Origin: Eledone cirrhosa
Taxonomy: Eukaryota
Direction: 5' to 3'
DNA length: 64,000 nucleotides
Assembly: GCA_964016885.1 (NCBI GenBank)
Contig: OZ024745.1
Location: 4,588,001-4,652,000 of the forward strand
The notes below the pieces were generated by a model that saw only the letters and a list, made by a program, of their open reading frames with translations, was not told where the DNA came from and did not search any database. The translations under genes and the position numbers were made by a program. Below, in pieces: positions 38,129 to 46,900 of this stretch. Within the stretch, counting starts at the first letter, position 1. Each line of letters begins with the position of its first letter.

Positions 38129-38267
38129 TGTTTGTTCTTTATGATTTATGGTTTCTGAGGTGCAACAACAAAAAAGAAGGGAAACATTCTTTCTATAAAG
38201 AAAAACATGAAACTGAGCTGCGAACAGCAACTTTCACTTTACTGTGACTGGGGATCTAGAAACAGAA

Positions 38268-38357
<90 letters not shown>

Positions 38358-38418
38358 ATCATCATTTCATTTTACGTCCACTTTTCACTGCTTGCATATA
38401 TATATATATATATGCACA

Positions 38419-38460
<42 letters not shown>

Positions 38461-38463
<3 letters not shown>

Positions 38464-38849
38464 ATCAAAAGATGGTTAAAAGAGTTCCAAGTATTTTATT
38501 ATGCGCATTTCCAAAACAAATATCATCATGGGATGATATCTGCGTTCTCTTCAGATAAAATAGGGATACATGATATGAAGGTTAAAAAACACTTGTGAAT
38601 AGTGAAGTTTTAAATCATGTTTTAAATTATGTTTTAAATCTTGTTTTAAATCATGTTTTAAATCATGTTTTAAATCATGTTTTAAATTATGTTGATTTAA
38701 AACTTCACTATTCACAAGTGTTTTTTAACCTTCATATCATGTATTCCTATTTTATCTGATGAAAACGCAGATATCATCTCATGATGATATTTGTTTTTGA
38801 AATGCGCATAATAAAATACTTGGAACTCTTTTAACCATCTTTTGATCTT
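38461..38849. mobile_element. Palindromic MITE/foldback element with ~155-bp inverted arms and a central 12-bp tandem repeat, inserted in (TA)n
   Basis: AAGATCAAAAGATGGTTAAAAGAGTTCCAAG... at the left is the reverse complement of ...CTTGGAACTCTTTTAACCATCTTTTGATCTT at the right; centre (TGTTTTAAATCA)n; TA flanks. Confidence 0.9.
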
Positions 38850-38973
38850 ATATTATATATACTCCAGTCCTACAAACTGTAGAGTGCTACTTATCCGATA
38901 TTTGCATTGCTTTATTGTGCTACAATAAAACTCACCTCCTACACACATATATATATATATATATATATGTATT

Positions 38974-39043
<70 letters not shown>

Positions 39044-39293
39044 TACTATATATATAGAGAGAGAGAAATAATATGAAATACGTACAAATAAAATAAAATG
39101 AGAAAAGAATGAAATAAGAAGTAAATAGAACTATATTCCTAATTCTTGAGGAATCAGTGAAATATCAATCATTGTGTTTATTGAAGGAGAGAGAGAAATA
39201 TAAGATTACAGAATTTAAACAGAATCTCTTTCTTTAGACATATGTACACATATATATAAAGACATGTTTAAATAGGAATTAATACATTATATA

Positions 39294-39483
39294 GGCGGTG
39301 GATTGGCAGTATCGGTAGAGGGTCGGACGACATGCTTTGACGCAAAGAGTTACGGCCTTTTCCATTATGAGTTCAAATCCCGTCGAGGTTAACTTTGCCT
39401 TTCATCCTTACGGGGTCGATAAAATAAAGTACCAGTAATACACTGGGTAATTGCTGGCCTTGTGCCAAAAGTAGAAACAATTA
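39294..39483 (+). mobile_element. tRNA-derived SINE with Deu/Nin-like central domain
   Basis: A box TGGCAGTATCGG, B box GAGTTCAAATCC, central GCCTTTCATCCTTACGGGGTCGATAAAATAAAGTACC; two homologues at 40268-40654. Confidence 0.9.
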
Positions 39484-39496
39484 TATATATATATAT

Positions 39497-39549
<53 letters not shown>

Positions 39550-39602
39550 CATATATATATGTACAATATATATATATATATAAATATAAATATATATATA
39601 TA

Positions 39603-39829
39603 TGTTAGTCTTAGATTCTTCCGCGCCGTTCGGGGTATCGAGCAGTAAGTACTCGCCAACGGTGACGATCAGCGGCAACTTTTTCGAGACCATGCCAGGT
39701 GATGTTGGCTGCCATCAGGTCCTTCCAGAACGCTCGTCACCAGGTGATCCTTGGGCAACCCCACCTCCGTTTACCGCCAGGCAGAGTCCAGTTTATCGCT
39801 GTTTTCGAATGTCGTTCATTTGGTAGACG

Positions 39830-39832
<3 letters not shown>
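39603..39832 (-). mobile_element. RTE-clade LINE 3' fragment
   Basis: Minus translation RLPNERHSKTAINWTLPGGKRRWGCPRITW*...KVAADRHRWRVL...RGRI*, typical of an RTE ORF C-terminus (GKRxRGRPxxxW...DRxxWR); between (TA)n tracts. Confidence 0.75.
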
Positions 39833-39868
<36 letters not shown>

Positions 39869-40267
39869 CAAAATACTGGTGTGTATGAATATAACAAGAC
39901 ACTAGGTTGTGTATATAACGTTTAATTAACAAGTTGAGGTTATGTAGAACAGTATAGTTGACATGTCAATGAGTAATAGATGAAAGAATGAAGTAAAGTT
40001 ATTTGTTACCGTTTTGAAGTTAGCTCGCAAGAGGCCATGTTAGGGAAGCCAGTTACTTCCAGTCTAGAGAGCGTTACTCTATTGGTGATGTGATCGTCAC
40101 AACAAGGGAGGCAACTCTTGCTACACATATATTCATTAGTTAAGTAAGCAAAACAAGACCACAAAATTCACAAGGAAGACGTTAGTTAAAGAGTGTCAAC
40201 ATAGTTGCAGTTTAATGTAAGGAATAAGGAGTGTAATTATAGTTTGATGTAAGGAATAATAATAATA

Positions 40268-40453
40268 ATTGTTTCTACTTTAGGCACAAGGCCAGCAATT
40301 ACCCAGTGCATTACTGGTACTTTATTTTATCGACCCCGTAAGGATGAAAGGTAAAGTCAACCTCGGCGGGATTTGAACTCAGATCGTAAAGGGACGTAAC
40401 TATGCTGGAAAGCATGGCGTCCGACCCTCTACCGATACTGCCAATCCACCGCC
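40268..40453 (-). mobile_element. tRNA-derived SINE (same family as 39294), copy A of a tandem pair
   Basis: Reverse complement of the 39294 element; (ATT)n tail. Confidence 0.9.
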
Positions 40454-40470
40454 AAGGAATAATAATAATA

Positions 40471-40654
40471 ATTGTTTCTACTTTTGGCACAAGGCCAGCA
40501 ATTACCCAGTGTATTACTGGTACTTTATTTTATCGACCCCATAAGGATGAAAGGCAAAGTTAACCTCGGCGGGATTTGAACTCAGAATGGCAAGGGCCGT
40601 AACTCTATGCGTCAAAGCATGGCGTCCGACTCTCTACCGATACTGCCAATCCAC
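40471..40654 (-). mobile_element. tRNA-derived SINE, copy B of a tandem pair
   Basis: Reverse complement of the 39294 element; flanked by AGGAATAATAATAATAAT. Confidence 0.9.
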
Positions 40655-40679
40655 AGGAATAATAATAATAATAATGTCC

Positions 40680-40800
40680 GTTTACAATTGTTTCGCTACT
40701 CCATATAATGTTTCTGGATCAATTGATTATAGATCATTATTGATCTGGTTCAGATGAAGATAAGTAACTTAGGTAATATCATGGAGCAGCTCTTCAGAAC
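40680..40800 (-). ncRNA. Type I hammerhead ribozyme motif (Penelope-associated) with extended stem II
   Basis: Minus strand GUU-CUGAAGA-GCUGCUCCAU-(76 nt)-AUGGAGUAGC-GAAAC-AAUU-GUA-AAC: complete core, 10-bp stem II, palindromic stem III, 3-bp stem I. Confidence 0.72.
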
Positions 40801-41212
40801 TTCAAATGAGATAATGAAAATATTGATAAAGATAAGACGGAATAAGGAATATAAAGTAAAGTAAAGTAAGATGGTTACATGAATGTAATGTTCCATATAT
40901 TGGTATTTCACGAAAGGGGTCTTGGATGTGTCTATTGTCTGCTATACGCAAGCATTACGCTTCTGTCGAGGCTGTATTATGCGAGATCTGCCTATGCGTA
41001 ACAGGATGGCCACTTAAGGAGATTTACCTTACTAATTAGAGACGGGTTTCAAGGGAGGTAACTCCTTGAGAAGTTAAAATCATAGATGATTTATAGCCAA
41101 GAAGTGCTAATGAGCTTAAGTGAGAGACAATGTAGGAGAGGTAACTTATAATTATCCAAGTCTGGGTTAAATATTTAACATGTTAGCTATATGTAATAGC
41201 GAGATTTGATGA

Positions 41213-42898
41213 CTATGTTGGGTCGAATATTCTGTTGGCGAAGGAATTTGCCCTTCGATGTTGACAGTTAATAGTTACCTCATTTCTATCGTTAGTAGGT
41301 TGTGGTCGTGACAGAGTTATGTAATAGGCCTCGGTAAGACAGAGATCACAACAGTTTCTTCGCCCATTGAACGGTGGGGATCTAGCCAAGATATCCCATG
41401 TTAGTGAGTGTTCAATGTTGGTTAATTTAAGGTTTTTAATAAGCCTAGCTAGAGATGTTGAACATCTATTGCTAGAGTCTCGGAAGGAAAATGAGTGCGT
41501 GTTATAGCGTACCTTAAAAGGGTTAGAGGTAGAGCCAATATAGGAGCTAGTATGTGATGCCGTTTTAACTGTGCACCTATATACTATATTGGGTGTAAGG
41601 CATTGTCCGTTAAGTGGGCATGCATTAGGGTAACGGCAGTTGCAATTACTGTTGCAGTTAGTAAGGGTGGAGTTGTTTAAACTATGCGTCTGGTGTGTAC
41701 TAATAGGATTAGAGGGGGAGGTATGCTACTAGAGTAAGTATTGGTGTAGTGGCGTGGTGTATTTGAGGGTGGTGGTGGTACCGCGATGTGGGAGTTATAT
41801 TTTTTTAGTTTATGATGGTTACTGAATGCGATGTGGCTAGCTAGGTTCGGTGTTGTGGAGAATGAGATTTTAATGTTGTTTTTATTAAAGAGTTTGTAAT
41901 ATCTATGGTTAGGGGAGAAATGTTTAGATAGGGTAGAGAAGAAGCGTTTAGGGATATTAGTGGCTAAATTAGATGATTGGGGGGGGGGGGGGGGGTACGC
42001 CAGGTGATTTTTCTAGGCCTATATCCTTCTAGGGGTTCTAGTAGAGTTGGCGAGGGCCTTCATAGGGTTATTATTACCGGGGCATTTGTTATTTGTCATC
42101 CCATTGTTCATTCCTATTCTAGGGTTGATTTTGAGTCTGCTACTTGGAGTGGGAAGTAGGCCTCTGCCACTATTACGGTTCCCTGTATAGGTGTTGTTAA
42201 AGCTAAAATTCCTGCGTATCTGGCTACATGCTATTTTATTTCTAGTTCTAGTGTTAAATTTATTATGGTTGTGGTGAAGTTCTGTGTTATGGCATTTAGG
42301 TATGTAGTAGATAGACTGTTCATAACCAGATTCAGAAAGGGCCTTATTATAATATGTCGCGTGGTTCATAAATATCTCCACATTTGCAGATAGCATGGAG
42401 ATCCTATAAGAGATAGATTTAATGAGGGCTCTGATGACTGCCGGTGGGTGGTTAGAGTGCGGGCTAATATATGTAAGTGTTTCACCTGGTTTATGATAAG
42501 AGTAATATAAGTTGTTGTTAAGATCTAGGGTAACGTCCAGGAAATTTACTACCTTATGGTTCGGTTCGATGGTGATAGAGAGACCGTTATTTTAAAAAAA
42601 TCTATGTAATTGTTTTTTGAGCAAGTCAATGCCTCGATTAGTGCAATTGTGGACTGAAAATAGGACGTCGTCCCTATATGTTCCGCCTTGCAAGGGTTGG
42701 ATCTCAGCTCTGATGTTATGTAATATGTAGATTCCAACAAAATCGGTGATTTGCGCAGAGTCGCTTGAGCCCATTGTGATGTCGAAGTTGTCTGTTCTGT
42801 CCTTTCTAGTCCAGAAGGAACCGTTGAACTCAATGATGGTCTGCCTAGCCATAAGTATGATGTCAATCTCCTTATTAGTTATGTCAGATTTGGTGCTA
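41213..42898 (-). pseudogene. Penelope RT-GIY-YIG ORF, disrupted (frameshift, poly-G run at ~41979-41995)
   Basis: Manual translation; the GIY-YIG segment 41213-41660 is open but absent from the ORF track. Confidence 0.85.
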
Positions 42899-43069
42899 GA
42901 TATATATATATATATTTAATTGGTGTTGGATGCTTAAAGCGTCCATATGTGGTAGGCCGTATGAGCACTCGATGCTCTCATAGAGCAGAGTATGATATCA
43001 CAGATATTACGATTGTAATATGTCCAATAAATTCCATTTGTCACAACACTGTTTCTCTTTTTTACTGTG

Positions 43070-43166
<97 letters not shown>
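43070..43166. repeat. (CA)n(TA)n microsatellite
   Basis: Direct reading. Confidence 0.95.
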
Positions 43167-43365
43167 AAATAATGGTTGTTTAAAATACCATAGTACATAG
43201 AGGTTCAAACATTAACTGAATGAGCACTCAATACTTGGAGGTTGAGAGTTAATGTTATTTTCAGGATAGAAAAGTGACGGTGATTTCAAAGTTTCAGCTT
43301 AGCTGCTTCATCTGACTGCATGTTATGGTGGGGTTAGTGTTTTTTTAAATATGTCTATATAGTAA

Positions 43366-43860
43366 TGGGTGGGAGGTAGTTGGGAGGGGGTAGTTGGGCG
43401 GGGGGTAGTTGGGAGGGCGTAGATGGGAGAGGTAGTGGGGAGGATGGTGGTGGTGGTGGTGGGGTAGATGGGAGGGGTTAGATGGGAGGGGGTAGTTGGG
43501 AGGGGTTAGATGGGAGGGGGTAGTTGGGAGGGGTAGATGGGAGGGGGGACCAAATGTTTGATTGATTGGTATTAGGTGTCCCAATTGTGTGTATGTGTGT
43601 ATGTGTGTATGTGTGTATGTGTGTATGTGTGTGTGTATGTGTGTGTGTATGTGTGTATGTGTGGATATGTGTGTGTATGTGTGTGTATGTGTATGTGTGT
43701 GTGTATCTGTGTGTATGTATGTATGTGTGTGTATGTGTGTATGTGTGTGTGTGTATGTGTGTGTGTGTATGTGTGGGTATGTGTGTGTATGTGTGTATGT
43801 GTGTATGTGTATGCATGTCTGTATGTGTATGTGTGTGTGTATGTGTATGTGTATGTGTGT
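43366..43860. repeat. G-rich GGGAGGGG(G)T(A/T)G repeats (43366-43549) followed by a (TG)/(TATG) microsatellite
   Basis: Direct reading. Confidence 0.9.
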
Positions 43861-43961
43861 ATTAACTTATGTGATGTGGGTATATAAAGTGGTAGAATTG
43901 TATATATAAAAGTTAACATGGAGGAGAGGCAGAAGGACAAATACGAGGACTTGATTGACCC

Positions 43962-46900
43962 TTTCACATCAAGTCATCTGTTGTTGAGTTCACTTCAAGT
44001 CATCTGTTGTTGAGTTCACTTCAAGTCATCTGTTGTTGAGTTCACTTCAAGTCATCTGTTGTTGAGTTCTCTTTATGTCATCTGTTGTTTAGTTCTCTTT
44101 ATGTCATCTGTTGTTGAGTTCACTTCAAGTCATCTGTTGTTGAGTTCACGTCAAGTCATCTGTTGTTGAGTTCACTTCAAGTCATCTGTTGTTGAGTTCA
44201 CTTCAAGTCATCTGTTGTTAAGTTCACTTCAAGTCATCTGTTGTTGAGTTCACTTCAAGTCATCTGTTGTTGAGTTCTCTTTATGTCATCTGTTGTTTAG
44301 TTCTCTTTATGTCATCTGTTGTTGAGTTCACTTCAAGTCATCTGTTGTTGAGTTCACTTCAAGTCATCTGTTGTTGAGTTCACTTCAAATCATCTGTTGT
44401 TGAGTTCACTTCAAGTCATCTGTTGTTGAGTTCTCTTTATGTCATCTGTTGAGTTCTCTTTATGTCATCTGTTGTTTAGTTCTCTTTATGTCATCTGTTG
44501 TTGAGTTCACTTCAAGTCATCTGTTGTTGAGTTCACTTCAAGTCATCTGTTGTTGAGTTCACTTCAAGTCATCTGTTGTTGAGTTCACTTCAAGTCATCT
44601 GTTGTTGAGTTCTCTTTATGTCATCTGTTGTTGAGTTCTCTTTATGTCATCTGTTGTTTAGTTCTCTTTATGTCATCTGTTGTTGAGTTCACTTCAAGTC
44701 ATCTGTTGTTGAGTTCACTTCAAGTCATCTGTTGTTGAGTTCACTTCAAGTCATCTGTTGTTGAGTTCACTTCAAGTCATCTGTTGTTGAGTTCACTTCA
44801 AGTCATCTGTTGTTGAGTTCTCTTTATGTCATCTGTTGTTGAGTTCTCTTTATGTCATCTGTTGTTTAGTTATCATTATGGCATCAGTTGTTGAGTTCAC
44901 TTCAAGTCATCTGTTATTGAGTTCTCTTCAAGTCATCTGTTATTGAGTTCACTTCAAATCATCTGTTGTTGTGTTCTCTTTATGTCATCTGTTGTTGAGT
45001 TCCCTTCAAGTCATCTGTTGTTGAGTTCTCTTTATGTTATCTGTTGTTGAGTTCACTTCAAGTCATCTGTTGTTGAGTTCACTTCAAGTCATCTGTTGTT
45101 GAGTTCACTTCAAGTCATCTGTTGTTTAGTTCTCTTTATGTCATCTGTTGTTGAGTTCACTTCAAGTCATCTGTTGTTGAGTTCACTTCAAGTCATCTGT
45201 TGTTGAGTTCTCTTTATGTCATCTGTTGTTGAGTTCTCTTTATGTTATCTGTTGTTGAGTTCACTTCAAGTCATCTGTTGTTGAGTTCACTTCAAGTCAT
45301 CTGTTGTTGAGTTCACTTCAAGTCATCTGTTGTTGAGTTCTCTTTATGTCATCTGTTATTTAGTTCTCTTTATGTCATCTGTTGTTGAGTTCACTTCAAG
45401 TCATCTGTTGTTGAGTTCACTTCAAGTCATCTGTTGTTGAGTTCACTTCAAGTCATCTGTTGTTGAGTTCACTTCAAGTTATCTGTTGTTGAGTTCACTT
45501 CAAGTCATCTGTTGTTGAGTTCACTTCAAGTCATCTGTTGTTGAGATCACTTCAAGTCATCTGTTGTTGAGTTCACTTCAAGTCATCTGTTGTTGAGTTC
45601 TCTTTATGTCATCTGTTGTTGAGTTCTCTTTATGTCATCTGTTGTTTAGTTATCTTTATGTCATCTGTTGTTGAGGTCACCTTCAAGTCATCTGTTGTTG
45701 AGTTCACTTCAAGTCATCTGTTGTTGAGTTCACTTCAAGTCATCTGTTGTTGAATTCACTTCAAGTCATCTGTTGTTGAGTTCACTTCAAGTCATCTGTT
45801 GTTGAGTTCACTTCAAATCATCTGTTGTTGAGTTCTCTTTATGTCATCTGTTGTTGAGTTCCCTTCAAGTCATCTGTTGTTGAGTTCTCTTTATGGCATC
45901 TGTTGTTGAGTTCACTTCAACACATCTGTTGTTGAGTTCACTTCAAGTCATCTGTTGTTCAGTTCACTTCAAGTCATCTGTTGTTCAGTTCACTTCAAGT
46001 CATCTGTTGTTGAGTTCACTTCAAGTCATCTGTTGTTGAGTTCTCTTTATGTCATCTGTTGTTTAGTTCTCTTTATGTCATCTGTTGTTGAGTTCACTTC
46101 ATGTCATCTGTTGTTGAGTTCACTTTAAGTCATCTGTTGTTGAGTTCACTTCAAGTCATCTGTTGTTGAGTTCACTTCAAGTCATCTGTTGTTGAGTTCT
46201 CTTTATGTCATCTGTTGTTTAGTTCTCTTTATGTCATCTGTTGTTGAGTTCACTTCAAGTCATCTGTTGTTGAGTTCACTTCAAGTCATCTGTTGTTGAG
46301 TTCACTTCAAGTCATCTGTTGTTGAGTTCTCTTTATGTCATCTGTTGTTGAGTTCTCTTTATGGCATCTGTTGTTTAGTTATCTTTATGTCATCTGTTGT
46401 TGAGTTCAATTCAAGTCATCTGTTGTTGAGTTCACTTCAAGTCATCTGTTGTTGAGTACACTTCAAGTCATCTGTTGTTGAGTTCTCTTTATGTCATCTG
46501 TTGTTTAGTTCTCTTTATGTCATCTGTTGTTGAGTTCACTTCAAGTCATCTGTTGTTGAGTTCACTTTAAGTCATCTGTTGTTGAGTTCACTTCAAGTCA
46601 TCTGTTGTTGAGTTCACTTCAAGTCATCTGTTGTTGAGTTCTCTTTATGTCATCTGTTATTTAGTTCTCTTTATGTCATCTGTTGTTGAGTTATCTTTAT
46701 GTCATCTGTTGTTTAGTTATCTTTATGTCATCTGCTGTTGAGTTCACCTTCAAGTCATCTGTTGTTGAGTTCACTTCAAGTCATCTGTTGTTGAGTTCAC
46801 TTCAAGTCATCTGTTGTTGAATTTACTTCAAGTCATCTGTTGTTCAGTTCACTTCAAGTCATCTGTTGTTGAGTTCACTTCAAATCATCTGTTGTTGAGT

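Larger units (their letters stand above)
39867..42900 (-). mobile_element. Penelope-like retroelement (RT then C-terminal GIY-YIG endonuclease), 5'-truncated, Hydra-clade-like, flanked by (TA)n
   Basis: RT FDITMGSSDSAQITDFVGIYIL, YRDDVLF, NFLDVTLDL, SNHPP. Linker RKITW...TNIPKRFF...KHF...KLFNKNNIKISFS. CNCRYPNACPLNGQC, NIVYRC...SYIGSTSNPFKVRYNTH, CDLCLTE, CQHR; stop at 41213. The 3' boundary (39867) is inferred. Confidence 0.88.

Noticed and set aside
39294-39390. tRNA gene
   Set aside because: A and B boxes belong to a SINE head; no cloverleaf, and it continues into SINE body sequence.
41213-42898. Naiad-type (N-terminal EN, selenoprotein) Penelope
   Set aside because: The endonuclease is C-terminal to RT, and no in-frame TGA at Cys positions was seen in the nuclease.
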